A stretch of 64,000 bases of DNA. It comes from Reyranella sp. GTDB taxonomy: Bacteria > Pseudomonadota > Alphaproteobacteria > Reyranellales > Reyranellaceae. Location: positions 2,340-66,339 of the forward strand of contig JBQTJT010000108.1 in NCBI GenBank assembly GCA_052386855.1. The letters are read 5' to 3'. The position numbers and the translations under genes are program-made. Numbering within the stretch: the stretch's first letter is position 1; every line of letters starts with the position of its first letter. Below the pieces are notes generated by a model. The model saw nothing but the letters and a program-made list of their open reading frames with translations, was not told where the DNA came from and did no database searches. This document shows positions 1-12,493 of the stretch, one piece after another.

Positions 1-1560
1 CGGCACCACGCGGGCGTTGGCGTTGACGAGGATGCCGCTCGGCGGATTGTAGGCGCGGGGGAGCGCGTCGAACGGCACGAAGCCCGCCCAGTCGTACTCT
101 CCCGTCCAGCCCGGCACCGGCATCGAGCCGTCGCCCTTGCGCCGCATCGGCACGCGCGCGGGCGAGAGCAGCCCGGTGTTCCCGGCGGTGTCGGCATAGA
201 CCATGTTCTGCATCGGCGAGACGATCTTTCGCGCCGCCGTCTGGAATTCCTCCCAGTTCTGCGCCAGGCCGAGGCGGGCGAAGCCTTCGCCGGAGGTGTC
301 GGCGCCGTCGAGTGCCGTGGCCTGCAACGCCAGCACATGGCCGGCCGGCGTCAGGTTGCCCGGGTCGTCGCGCCGGGTCAGGAAGTCGTCGATCACAACG
401 CCGTGCCGGGTCTGGCGCACCCGGAGCGGCACGGGATCGCCCCAGAGGACGTTGATCGTCTCGTCGCGCACCGCAAAGGGCCGCGCGCCGTCGGGGGTGA
501 TGTAGCGGTTGGGATCGGTCGGATCGACGCGCTCGACGAAGAGATCCTGGCTGTCGAGGTTGGTGGTGGTGAATCCCCAGCCGATGGTGCCGTTGTGGCC
601 GAGCACGATGGCGGGCGAGCCGGGTGCGGAGGCGCCACGGATGTCGAAGCCCGGCCCGACCAGACGCGCGAGATACCAGATGCCGGGGAAGGTGAGCGCC
701 AGATGCGGATCGTTGGCGAGCAGCGGCTTGCCCGACACCGCGTGCGCACCCGACAGCACCCATTCGTTCGACGCCTCGCGCTTGCGCGTCGCGATATTGT
801 CGGTGGCGCGATAGAGCCGCTCGAGGTCGATGCCCTGGGTTGCGGCGCGCACCAGCGACAGCGTGGCGTCGCCATTGTCGCCCGACGGCTCGATCAGGAA
901 CTTCACGCCGTCGTCGCCGATCTTGCGGGCGAGGCGCAGCCGCAGCAGTTCGGCGCGCCAATTGCCGTCGAGGCCCAGCGCCATCAGCTTGCCCCACACC
1001 AGCGAATCGGCGGGCCGCCACGGTTCGGGCCGATAACGCCCGCCTGACAGCAGCTTGAGAAGCGTGAGCTCGAGTCCGTACTGCTGGTCGTCGTCCTTCA
1101 GCCAGGCGTTGACGCCGGCGGCGTAGGATTCGAGTTGGGTCCGCGTGCCGGGTGACAGGGCGTTCACGCTTTCGCTGGCCTGCCGGTAGAGGCCGAGACC
1201 GCGCATGGTGCGGTCGGTGTCGATCAGGCCGCTGCCGACCACCGCCGGCGGCACAATCTCCGAGAGGCGACCCTGGCCCAGCCGGCGCGTCATTTCCATT
1301 TGCCAAAAACGGTCCTGAGCATGGACGTAGCCCAGGCCAAAGGCGGCATCTTCGATGGAGCCCGCGATGATGTGCGGCACCGCATTCTTGTCGCGCTGGA
1401 TTTCGACCGGGGCTTTCAGGCCGACCGCATCGACATGGCCGCTGTAGGGCGGCAGCGCACCGCGCACCTGGAAATAGGTGCCGATGAGGAAGATCAGGAC
1501 CGCAAGCCCCGCACCGGCCACGAACTTCGCGACACCGGCAGCGATACGGACCAAGGTCAT
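1..1560 (-). CDS. penicillin acylase (Ntn-hydrolase) family protein, N-terminal part only; gene continues past the left edge
   Basis: Own translation of the minus strand from ATG 1560..1558. It reads MTLVRIAAGVAKFVAGAGLAVLIFLIG (membrane anchor or signal), then NAVPHIIAGSIEDAAFGLGYVHAQDRFWQMEM, REASNEWVLSG (Ser-Asn nucleophile context) and NDPHL. The frame stays open to base 1. The ORF track omits it because no stop lies in the window. Confidence 0.8.
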   Translation of the reverse strand, partial: MTLVRIAAGVAKFVAGAGLAVLIFLIGTYFQVRGALPPYSGHVDAVGLKAPVEIQRDKNAVPHIIAGSIEDAAFGLGYVHAQDRFWQMEMTRRLGQGRLSEIVPPAVVGSGLIDTDRTMRGLGLYRQASESVNALSPGTRTQLESYAAGVNAWLKDDDQQYGLELTLLKLLSGGRYRPEPWRPADSLVWGKLMALGLDGNWRAELLRLRLARKIGDDGVKFLIEPSGDNGDATLSLVRAATQGIDLERLYRATDNIATRKREASNEWVLSGAHAVSGKPLLANDPHLALTFPGIWYLARLVGPGFDIRGASAPGSPAIVLGHNGTIGWGFTTTNLDSQDLFVERVDPTDPNRYITPDGARPFAVRDETINVLWGDPVPLRVRQTRHGVVIDDFLTRRDDPGNLTPAGHVLALQATALDGADTSGEGFARLGLAQNWEEFQTAARKIVSPMQNMVYADTAGNTGLLSPARVPMRRKGDGSMPVPGWTGEYDWAGFVPFDALPRAYNPPSGILVNANARVVP

Positions 1561-1581
1561 CGCGCGGGGTGCCCGCACGGT

Positions 1582-2739
1582 CTAGCCACCGAGGTAGGAC
1601 AGGATGGTCTGGCGGTCGCCGTCGAGGTCGGGCGCGGCGGGCCGAGTCTTCGGGTCCTCGAAGGCGGACATCTTGAGCGGATTGCCCGCGAGCGTCAGCG
1701 TGCCGCCGCTGCCGTCCGGTACCTCGACCAGCATGTTGCGCGCGGCGACCTGCGGATGGGCGATCGCCTGCTTGACGTTGTTGATCGGCCCGCACGGCAC
1801 GCCGCCCTTGGACACGACGGCAATCCAGTGATCGGTCGTGTTGGTTTTCAGGACCGACTCGATCTCGTGCTTCAGCTTCTTCTGGCTCTTTTGGCGGAGC
1901 GCGTTCGACTTGTACGCGGGGTCGGTCGTCATGTCGGACCGGCCGAGCGCCTCGCACATCTTGACGAACAGGCTGTCGTTGCCGGCGGCGATGATCATTG
2001 AGCCGTCGGACGTGGCGAAAGCCTCGAAGGGCGTGATGGTCGGATGGCGCGCGCCGAGCGGGCCAGGAATTTCCTTCTCGACCGTGTAGCGCATGATCGC
2101 GTTCTCGAGCAGCGCGAGCTGGCAGTCGAACATCGCGATATCGACCTTGGTCGACTCGCCGGTCTTGAGGCGATGGACGATCGCCGCATTCACCGCGACG
2201 GCGGTGTAGAGGCCTGCGCCGATGTCGCCGATCGACATGCCGACGCGGGAGGGCGGCTGACCTTCATTGCCGGTGATGCTCATGATGCCGCCCTGACCCT
2301 GCATGACCATGTCATAGGCCGGGTCCTTGGAGTTCGGGCCCGTGTGACCGAAGCCCGACGCGGCGGCATAGATCAGCTTCGGGTACTTGGTGTGCAGCGT
2401 CTCCCAGCCGTAGCCCAGTTTCTCCATCGTGCCGGGGCGGAAATTCTCGACCACCACGTCGGCCTTCTCCAGCAGCTTCTCGAAGATCTTGCGGTCGGCG
2501 TCGCTCTTGAGGTCGAGCGCGATGCTTTCCTTGCCTCGGTTGACCGAGGCGAAGTAGGTCGACTTGCCGTTGACGAAGGGACCGTAGGCGCGGGCGTCGT
2601 CACCACCCTTGGGCGGCTCTACCTTGATCACCCGCGCGCCCATCTCGGCCATCAGCAGGGTGCAGTAGGGCCCGGCCAGGATGCGGGAGAGATCGACGAC
2701 GACGATGCCGGAGAGGGGGCCTTTGGTGGTCTGGGTCAT
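1582..2739 (-). CDS. CoA transferase, family III (CaiB/BaiF type)
   Basis: 385-aa ORF. N-terminus GPLSGIVVVDLSRILAGPYCTLLMAEMGARVIKVEPP and later ENFRPGTMEKLGYGW are typical of family III CoA transferases. It ends 21 nt upstream of the acylase start. Confidence 0.9.
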   Translation of the reverse strand: MTQTTKGPLSGIVVVDLSRILAGPYCTLLMAEMGARVIKVEPPKGGDDARAYGPFVNGKSTYFASVNRGKESIALDLKSDADRKIFEKLLEKADVVVENFRPGTMEKLGYGWETLHTKYPKLIYAAASGFGHTGPNSKDPAYDMVMQGQGGIMSITGNEGQPPSRVGMSIGDIGAGLYTAVAVNAAIVHRLKTGESTKVDIAMFDCQLALLENAIMRYTVEKEIPGPLGARHPTITPFEAFATSDGSMIIAAGNDSLFVKMCEALGRSDMTTDPAYKSNALRQKSQKKLKHEIESVLKTNTTDHWIAVVSKGGVPCGPINNVKQAIAHPQVAARNMLVEVPDGSGGTLTLAGNPLKMSAFEDPKTRPAAPDLDGDRQTILSYLGG

Positions 2740-2793
2740 CCTCGTTTCTTAGCCAGTGGGCCGCCGCGAATCCAGCCGCACGTTGAAGGCGGT

Positions 2794-3804
2794 TCAGCGC
2801 GGCGGCAGGTTGAAGGCGCCCCGCAGAAACGCCGCGACATCGCGCTCGGCACGGGCAAGAGCTGCCGGATCGCCCCCGATGGTCGCGCCGCGCTGCATGC
2901 AGGCGCGAAAGTAGGCAGAAATCGCCGTCTGATCGCGAAGCCCTTCGCCAGTGTCTAGTCGTCGCATGGTGCCGCTGTCGACCTCGACTTCAGCCTTGCA
3001 GCTACGGGCGCTTTGCAGCGCAGGCAGGAAGCGCGGCGGATCGGGAATGTCGAAATCGTGATAGGCGCCGTTGTAGGCGATCACCTCGACGGGGACGCCC
3101 TTGGTGGCGAACCAGGCTGCGTAGTCGCGACAGGCCGCGGCTGGCGTGTAGTCGTCGGCGCCGCCGAGCAGCATGAGGATCGGCGCGGCGCTGACCTCCT
3201 CGGCACGATAGGGAATGCTGCAGGAAGGATACAGCGCGACGTGGGCGGCAAAGCTCAGGTTGCCGTCGATCATGCCGCGCCGGAGCGGCTCCAGTGCGCT
3301 GTAGAGGGCGGCCTGACCGCCGCGTGAGAAGCCCATCACGCCGATGCGCGCCGGATCGATGCGTGGATGGGTGGCAAGCAGGCGCAGCGCGGCCAGCGCG
3401 TCGGCGAGATTGGCCATCGTCGAGAGCCGGCTCTGGTCGCGCGACGTCGATTGCAGGCCGCGCGACGTGAAGCTGTCGACCACGAAGGTGGCGATGCCGA
3501 TCGCATTGAGGCGCACCGCCCAGGCATCCTCGCGGCCCGGCAGGATGCCGCCGCTGCCGTGGGCGATCACCATGGCGGGCGCCCTGCCGTCAGCGGCCGG
3601 CGGCAGGACGAGCGTGCCGGTGATGGTCATTCCGGTGGTGGGATAACTCCGGCGGACGAGTTCGGTCGGCCCGCTGGGCGTCACCGACGAAAACGCGATG
3701 CGCCCCGTGTGGCCGTCCGCCAGCGAGACGACCGGGTCGGCGAGTGCCAGCTGCGGCAACAGCAGAAGAAGCGCGGCAGCGGCGGACAACGCGGCGACTT
3801 TCAT
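2794..3804 (-). CDS. secreted dienelactone hydrolase family protein
   Basis: Signal peptide MKVAALSAAAALLLLLPQLALADP. Contains GFSRGG nucleophile elbow, GGADDYTP and YHDFD, consistent with an alpha/beta hydrolase of the DLH type. Confidence 0.75.
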   Translation of the reverse strand: MKVAALSAAAALLLLLPQLALADPVVSLADGHTGRIAFSSVTPSGPTELVRRSYPTTGMTITGTLVLPPAADGRAPAMVIAHGSGGILPGREDAWAVRLNAIGIATFVVDSFTSRGLQSTSRDQSRLSTMANLADALAALRLLATHPRIDPARIGVMGFSRGGQAALYSALEPLRRGMIDGNLSFAAHVALYPSCSIPYRAEEVSAAPILMLLGGADDYTPAAACRDYAAWFATKGVPVEVIAYNGAYHDFDIPDPPRFLPALQSARSCKAEVEVDSGTMRRLDTGEGLRDQTAISAYFRACMQRGATIGGDPAALARAERDVAAFLRGAFNLPPR

Positions 3805-3813
3805 GTCGAAGTC

Positions 3814-4689
3814 CTAGCCAGCGGGCCGCCGCGAATCCAGCAACACATTGGCTCCGGCGGCGGCGATGACAATGGCGCCGCCGATCAGGGTGAGGTCGTC
3901 CGGCTTTTCGCCATCGAACAGCCACACCCAGATCGGGCCCAGGACCAGTTCAAGCAGGCCGAGCAAGGCGGCCCGGCCGGCGGGAATGCGCTTGAGGCTT
4001 GCCATGTAGAGAAGGAGCCCACCCACGAGCTGGCCGGGGCTGAGCGCAAAGAGCCAGGGCACCTGCGACCAGGCGACATTCTCCGGATGGGCAAAGGGAA
4101 GCGCGACCAGGCCCGAGATCACCCCGGCCAGCCAGATCGCCGGCGCCATGCCGACGTCGCGGCGATGACGGACGACGATATAGTTGCCGCTCATGCAGAG
4201 CACGACGATGAAGGCCACGGCCATGCCGGCCAGCGCGCCGGCCTGCAGGGAGCCCGCAACGCTGATGCCAAGCCCCACCACCGCCGCTGCCATGGCAAGC
4301 ACGGTATGGGTGTGCAGTTGCTCGCCGAGGAAAAGGCGGGCGGCGATGGCGGTGATGAACGGTGTCGCCCCGAACATGATCAGGACGTTGGCGACGGGCG
4401 CCAGGCCAAGCGCCAGGATGAAGGCCACGAAGCTGCCGGCCAGCAGCACCGCGCTCAGCAGCAGGGCGGGGCCCGCGTTGCGAACGTCGATCCAGATGCG
4501 GCGGTACTGCCACAGCAGCAGGGGCAACATCGTGACCACGAGGAAGGCCGAGCGCCAGAACGACACGTCCCATGCAGGAAGCTCGATATGGCGCACGATG
4601 ACGCCGGCGGTGCTGAAGATCACAGCCGCAGCAATGGCGTAGGCCGCGCCCAGCGCTGCGGAACCCTGCGAAGAAGCCTGCGTTTTCAT
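3814..4689 (-). CDS. DMT (EamA-like) family transporter
   Basis: 291 aa and about 10 hydrophobic helices. It has the two-EamA-repeat appearance. Confidence 0.8.
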   Translation of the reverse strand: MKTQASSQGSAALGAAYAIAAAVIFSTAGVIVRHIELPAWDVSFWRSAFLVVTMLPLLLWQYRRIWIDVRNAGPALLLSAVLLAGSFVAFILALGLAPVANVLIMFGATPFITAIAARLFLGEQLHTHTVLAMAAAVVGLGISVAGSLQAGALAGMAVAFIVVLCMSGNYIVVRHRRDVGMAPAIWLAGVISGLVALPFAHPENVAWSQVPWLFALSPGQLVGGLLLYMASLKRIPAGRAALLGLLELVLGPIWVWLFDGEKPDDLTLIGGAIVIAAAGANVLLDSRRPAG

Positions 4690-4718
4690 GTCGAGAAAAC
4701 TGTGAATAAGGATTCGAC

Positions 4719-5726
4719 GTGCCCCCGTCCATCGATTCCCTCGATCTGCCGCCCTTTAAGCCGCGGTTTCCCTGGTGGGGAGCTGATTTGCAGACGATCT
4801 ACAATCGGTGGACCGCGCCCGAGGCGGATTTGTCGCCGCACTGCAGCGAGCGCCTCTGCTTTCCCATGGCCGATCGCACCGGCGACATTCTGTTGGGCAT
4901 GCTCGACCACCCCGCGGAACCGGTCGCGGACCGGCCGCTGGTGGTTCTGCTTCATGGCCTGACTGGCAGCGAGGACAGCCCCTACATTCTGAGTTCGGCC
5001 CGCCACCTGCTGGACTGCGGCTATCGCGTGCTGCGCCTCAACGTGCGCGGTGCAGGACCCTCGCGGCCCTATTGCAGCGAGCACTATCACGTCGGTCGCA
5101 CCGCGGATTTCCGCCGCGTGCTCTGGCAAATTCCCGAGGAGCTGACGGACAACGGCATCGTCGCGGTCGGCTATTCGCTGGGCGGCGCCATGCTGCTGAA
5201 ATACCTCGGTGAGGAGGGCTCTTTCGCGCCGCTGCGTGGCGCTGCCACGATCTGCGCGCCGATCGACCTCGCACGCACCGGTCAACACATGCAGAAGCCG
5301 CGCAACTGGCTCTATCACACCTATATCCTGAACGGCATGAAGGCCGAGGCTTTGGCGGACGGCGCGCGGATCTCGGCGGAGGAGCGCGCCGTCGTGCGTG
5401 CCGCGCGCAGCGTCTGGGAGCACGACGAACACTTCATCGCACCACGCTACGGTTTCCGCGGCGCCGAGGACTACTACGACCTCTGCACGCCATCGCAGTT
5501 CATGCCCGAGATCCGCGTGCCGACCATGGTGGTGGCAGCCTGCGACGACCCCTGGATTCCGGTCGAGCACTATCGCGAGTTCAAATGGGACGATAATCCG
5601 TGGCTTCTGCCCGTGATGCCGCCGACCGGTGGCCATGTCGGGTTCCACGGCGACGCCAGCCGCAAGCCCTGGTGCGATCTTGCGGTAGAGAAATTCGTCG
5701 AGCGGATTGCTACTATGGAGGCGTGA
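4719..5726 (+). CDS. alpha/beta hydrolase, YheT/ABHD1-3-like (copy 1)
   Basis: GTG start. Contains PPFKPRFPWWGADLQT, LLHGLTGSEDSPYI and GYSLGGAMLLKYLGEEG (GxSxG). Confidence 0.8.
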   Translation: MPPSIDSLDLPPFKPRFPWWGADLQTIYNRWTAPEADLSPHCSERLCFPMADRTGDILLGMLDHPAEPVADRPLVVLLHGLTGSEDSPYILSSARHLLDCGYRVLRLNVRGAGPSRPYCSEHYHVGRTADFRRVLWQIPEELTDNGIVAVGYSLGGAMLLKYLGEEGSFAPLRGAATICAPIDLARTGQHMQKPRNWLYHTYILNGMKAEALADGARISAEERAVVRAARSVWEHDEHFIAPRYGFRGAEDYYDLCTPSQFMPEIRVPTMVVAACDDPWIPVEHYREFKWDDNPWLLPVMPPTGGHVGFHGDASRKPWCDLAVEKFVERIATMEA

Positions 5727-6706
5727 GCCTCGCATTCGATCTGCCGCCCTTCCGCCCGCGCTTTCCCTGGTGGGGAGGCGACCTCCAGACCGTCGCCAAC
5801 CGCCTGCGCCCGACCCGGGCCAGCCTGGCGCCGCATGCGAGCGAGCGGCTTTCGTTTGCCTTGAAGGACGGCACCGGCGACACCCTGCTCGCCACGCTCG
5901 ACCGGCCGACAGAGCCGCGGCTCGGCACACCGCTCGTCCTTCTGATTCATGGGCTGACCGGTGCCGAAGACAGCCATTACATCCGGAGCATGTCGTGGCT
6001 GATGCTCGAGCGCGGCCACCGCGTGCTGCGTCTCAACCTGCGCGGGGCGGGGCCGTCGCGGGCGCTGTGCAGCGAGCACTACTATGCCGGCCGCAGCCAG
6101 GATTTCCGCGCGCTGCTGGCGCTGCTGCCGGAGGACCTCACGCGGGACGGGCTGGTCGCCGTCGGCTATTCGCTGGGCGGGGCCATGCTGCTGAAATATC
6201 TCGGCGAGGAAGGCGCGGCGTCACCCCTCAAGGCAGCGGCCAGCGTCTGCGCGCCGATCGATCTCGCCATTACCTGCCGAAACATGATGCGTGCCCGCAA
6301 CAAGCTCTATCACCATCACATCCTGAGCCAGATGAAGGTCGAGGCGACGGGCGAGGGCGCCGTCCTCTCGGCCGTGGAGCGCGGCGCCATCCTGCGCTCA
6401 CGCACGGTGTGGGAATACGACGACGTCTTTATCGCACCGCACTACGGCTTCGGCAGCGCCGAGAACTACTACGAACGCTGCATGCCGCTCAGGTTCATGG
6501 CCGCCATCCGTGTGCCGACGCTGGCGCTGGCGGCGGGCGACGATCCCTGGATTCCGGAAGCGCTCTATCGCGGCTATGATTGGGCGGGCAACAAGGCGCT
6601 CGTGCCGCTGTTGCCGGGGGCAGGCGGCCATGTCGGCTTCCACGGCGCCGGCAGCGACCAGCCGTGGAGCGACGTCGCCATCGCGAGGTTCTTCGACCAT
6701 GGGTGA
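5723..6706 (+). CDS. alpha/beta hydrolase, YheT/ABHD1-3-like (copy 2, tandem paralog)
   Basis: Homology to copy 1 begins exactly at GTG 5723 (VSLAFDLPPFRPRFPWWGGDLQT), which overlaps the copy-1 stop as GTGA. The track start at 5600 is an upstream extension inside copy 1. Confidence 0.8.
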   Translation: MSLAFDLPPFRPRFPWWGGDLQTVANRLRPTRASLAPHASERLSFALKDGTGDTLLATLDRPTEPRLGTPLVLLIHGLTGAEDSHYIRSMSWLMLERGHRVLRLNLRGAGPSRALCSEHYYAGRSQDFRALLALLPEDLTRDGLVAVGYSLGGAMLLKYLGEEGAASPLKAAASVCAPIDLAITCRNMMRARNKLYHHHILSQMKVEATGEGAVLSAVERGAILRSRTVWEYDDVFIAPHYGFGSAENYYERCMPLRFMAAIRVPTLALAAGDDPWIPEALYRGYDWAGNKALVPLLPGAGGHVGFHGAGSDQPWSDVAIARFFDHG

Positions 6707-6842
6707 GACAGAGCCGATGACAGTGATCGTGGGCGTTGCCTGTTCTCTCGTCGCTCTCGTGTTGGCGTGGCGAGCCTATCGCAGCGCGTCGGCCGAGCAG
6801 GAGGAGCGCAAGCGGGAGAAAGAGGAGCGCGACCGGCACTAG
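6699..6842 (+). CDS. small single-pass membrane protein (47 aa), hypothetical
   Basis: ATG 6699 overlaps the end of the preceding gene. The product is MGETEPMTVIVGVACSLVALVLAWRAY plus a highly charged tail EQEERKREKEERDRH. There is no homology support. Confidence 0.35.
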   Translation: MGETEPMTVIVGVACSLVALVLAWRAYRSASAEQEERKREKEERDRH

Positions 6843-7729
6843 GCGCGGGTCAGAAGCGCCAGCAGTGCCTTGGCCGCCGGGCTGAGATAGCCGGCGCGTC
6901 GATGGATGGCGGTGATCGGGATGGTGGTCCGCATGGCCGCGATATCCAACGCCACCAGGGCGCCCTGGCGCAGCTCGTCGCGCACACTGCTTTCCGGCAC
7001 CAGCGCCAGACCGAAGCCCGCCTGGGCCAGGCGTTTCTGCGCTGTCAGACTGTCGATCAGGGTGATGTCGGCGGCGTCCAATCCGGCGCGAATCAATTGA
7101 TGGGCGAGTACGTGGCCGGAGGAATCGCGTTCGTCGGGCGCCGGCGGAAAGCCGATCCAGCGCTCGCCTTTCAGCAGATGCGCCTGCCGCACGCGGCGGC
7201 CGGCCAGGCGGTGACCGGGGGCGGCCACCACCAGCATCGCCTCGCCGCCCGCAGGCTGCGAGACCAGCTCCGGTCGATCGCTGGCGAAGTAGCGCAAACC
7301 TAAAGTGGCCTCGCCGCGCCGGACCAGATTCGTCACCTCCGCGCTCGAGGCGGTACGGAGTTCGAGGCGGACATCCTTCGAGCGCCGCGCGAAGCGGCGC
7401 AGCACGTCGACGATGTGGGTGTCGGCGAGTGTGCCGACCAGCGCGAGCGAGATCGCACCCCGCATGCCGGTCCTGAGACCGTGCACCGCTTCGCGCCCGT
7501 CCTTGAGCGCCGCAAGTGCTGCCTCGGCGTGGGGGAGAAAGGCGCGCCCCGCCTCGGTCAGTCGGGCACGACCCCTGAGGCGCTCGAACATCGGCGCGCC
7601 GAGTTCTTCCTCGAGCAGGCCGAGGCGGCGGCTGATGGCGGGCTGCGACCGATGCAGCCGGCGGCCGGCCTGGGTGAAGTCGCCAAGTTCGGCGATGGCG
7701 ACGAAGGTCTGGATTTCATCGATGTTCAT
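6839..7729 (-). CDS. LysR family transcriptional regulator
   Basis: N-terminal wHTH IQTFVAIAELGDFTQAGRRLHRSQPAISRRLGLLEEELG, followed by a LysR substrate-binding domain. It is divergent from the PEP-mutase-family gene. Confidence 0.9.
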   Translation of the reverse strand: MNIDEIQTFVAIAELGDFTQAGRRLHRSQPAISRRLGLLEEELGAPMFERLRGRARLTEAGRAFLPHAEAALAALKDGREAVHGLRTGMRGAISLALVGTLADTHIVDVLRRFARRSKDVRLELRTASSAEVTNLVRRGEATLGLRYFASDRPELVSQPAGGEAMLVVAAPGHRLAGRRVRQAHLLKGERWIGFPPAPDERDSSGHVLAHQLIRAGLDAADITLIDSLTAQKRLAQAGFGLALVPESSVRDELRQGALVALDIAAMRTTIPITAIHRRAGYLSPAAKALLALLTRA

Positions 7730-7833
7730 GGATCAGGAATCCAGATGTTAACTCAAAGAACTATGCATTTTACAAAAGGTAGCGCAGCGCCGAGGTTCAG
7801 ACGACCGGATTCACGCGAACGAGGAGACAGACG

Positions 7834-8662
7834 ATGCGCAGCCAAGCGGAGAAAGCGGCGGCCTTCCGCGCCCTGCACGAACGGCCCGGCGCCTTCATCA
7901 TCCCCAACCCGTGGGACGCCGGCACGGCGAAGCTGCTGGGGGCGCTCGGCTTCGAGGCATTGGCCACCACCAGCCTCGGCCTTGCCAACATGCTCGGTCG
8001 CGCCGACAGCGCCGTCAGCCGGGCGGAGGTGATCGCCAACTGCCGGGCGATCGCCGAGGCGACGGACCTGCCGGTCAATGTCGACCTCGAGAATTGTTTC
8101 GCCGACGATCCCGAGGCCGCGGCCGAGGCGATCGGCCTTGCGGCCACGGCGGGTGCCGTCGGCGGCTCGATCGAGGACTCGACCGGCGATCCCAAGAACC
8201 GGATCTACGAATTCGACCTGGCGGTGGCACGGGTGCGGGCGGCCGCCGTCGTGGCCCACGCCCAGCCGGTGCCGTTCATGCTGACCGCACGGGCCGAGAA
8301 CCTGATCAATGGCCGCAGCGACATGGCCGACACCATCCGCCGCCTGCAGGCCTACGCCGACGCGGGCGCCGATGTGCTCTATGCACCCGGCCTGCGCACG
8401 CTCGCCGAAGTTCGGCACGTGGTCGGTGCGGTGAGCCGGCCGGTGAATGTCGTGACGGGCTGGCTCGATCCCGACATCACGGCCGGCGCGCTCGGAGAGG
8501 CCGGCGCCAAGCGGATCAGCGTCGGCGGTGCGCTCTCCCGGCTCGCCTTGGCGACGTTCGTCAATGCCGGACGGGCGATGAAGGAGCAGGGCTCGTTCGC
8601 CTGGATGCGCGACATGCTGGCTTTTGCCGACGTGCAGCGACTGCTGGGCGAGGGCGCAGGCG

Positions 8663-8676
<14 letters not shown>
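7834..8676 (+). CDS. isocitrate lyase/PEP mutase family protein (2-methylisocitrate lyase-like)
   Basis: FRALHERPGAFIIPNPWDAGTAKLLGALGFEALATTS is the family N-terminus. The D-x-E-N and GGSIED-type motifs are present. Confidence 0.85.
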
Positions 8677-11394
<2,718 letters not shown>

Positions 11395-11403
11395 AGTCTA
11401 GAA

Positions 11404-12471
11404 ATGTCCGACGCTGAAATTCTGTTCGAGATCAAGGACGGCCTGGGTCTGATGACCCTCAACCGGCCCAAGGCGCTGAACGCGCTCTCCTACGGCATGA
11501 TCCTGGAGATGGAAAAAATCATGCCGCAGTGGGAGAAGGACCCGGCGGTCAAGGCCGTGGTGCTGCGCGGCTCGGGCGACCGCGCCTTCTGTGCCGGCGG
11601 CGACGTGGCCGGCCTCTACCGCGAGATGCGCGACGATCCCAATGGCACGGTGCGGCGCGACTTCTTCCGCGACGAATACATCGTCAACCGGCGCATCTAC
11701 CGCTTTGCCAAGCCGTGGATCTCGCTGATCGACGGCATCGACATGGGCGGCGGCGTCGGCCTCTCGGTGCACGGCTCGCATTCGGTGGCGAGCGAGAAGT
11801 TCCTGTTCGCCATGCCCGAGACCACCATCGGGCTCTTCCCCGATGTCGGCGGCGGCTATTTCCTGACGCGCCTCCAGGGCGCGCTCGGTACCTTCCTGGC
11901 ACTGACCAGTCACCGCCTGAAAGCGGCGGACGCGCTGTGGGCCGGCATCGTCGATGCCTATGTCCCAAGTGCCGCCATGAACGAGCTGCAGGCGGCGCTG
12001 GGCGCGGCCGATCTGTCGGGGCCCGATGTCAACCGCAAGGTGGACGCAGTGATCGCCCGTTTCGCCGGCGATGCCGGCATGCCGACGCTGCCGGCGATGA
12101 TGGCCGACATCGATCGCTGCTTTTCGGCCGAGTCGCTGCAGGACATCGAGGCCAAGCTCCGGAAACATCCGGGGGAGTGGGCTGAGAAGCAGCTCGCGGC
12201 TCTCCTCAAGCTCTCGCCGCTTGCCATGGCGATCACGCTGGAGCAGCTCAAGCGCTGTGCCAACCGCTCGTTCGAGGATTCGATGACCATCGAATACCGC
12301 ATGTCGCAGCGCTGCATGCAGAAGGGCCACGACTTCTTCGAGGGCGTGCGCGCCCTGCTGATCGACAAGGACCAGAAGCCGCAGTGGAACCCGCCGACCA
12401 TCGACGGCGTGACGCGGGAAATGGTCGAGTCACATTTCAAGCCGGTGTCGAACGACCTGTTCTTCGACTGA
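11404..12471 (+). CDS. enoyl-CoA hydratase/isomerase family, 3-hydroxyisobutyryl-CoA hydrolase-like
   Basis: Contains FCAGGDV and DGIDMGGGVGLSVHGSHSVASEKFLFAMPETTIGLFPDVGGGYFL. The 355-aa length fits the HIBCH type. Confidence 0.85.
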   Translation: MSDAEILFEIKDGLGLMTLNRPKALNALSYGMILEMEKIMPQWEKDPAVKAVVLRGSGDRAFCAGGDVAGLYREMRDDPNGTVRRDFFRDEYIVNRRIYRFAKPWISLIDGIDMGGGVGLSVHGSHSVASEKFLFAMPETTIGLFPDVGGGYFLTRLQGALGTFLALTSHRLKAADALWAGIVDAYVPSAAMNELQAALGAADLSGPDVNRKVDAVIARFAGDAGMPTLPAMMADIDRCFSAESLQDIEAKLRKHPGEWAEKQLAALLKLSPLAMAITLEQLKRCANRSFEDSMTIEYRMSQRCMQKGHDFFEGVRALLIDKDQKPQWNPPTIDGVTREMVESHFKPVSNDLFFD

Positions 12472-12493
12472 CGGCGCAAGCAAGGAGGACACC

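Noticed and set aside
3367-4962. A 531-aa ORF lies on the plus strand.
   Set aside because: It is antisense to the well-supported dienelactone hydrolase and DMT transporter genes. Its extreme R/G/A/H/D content is typical of GC-rich shadow frames.
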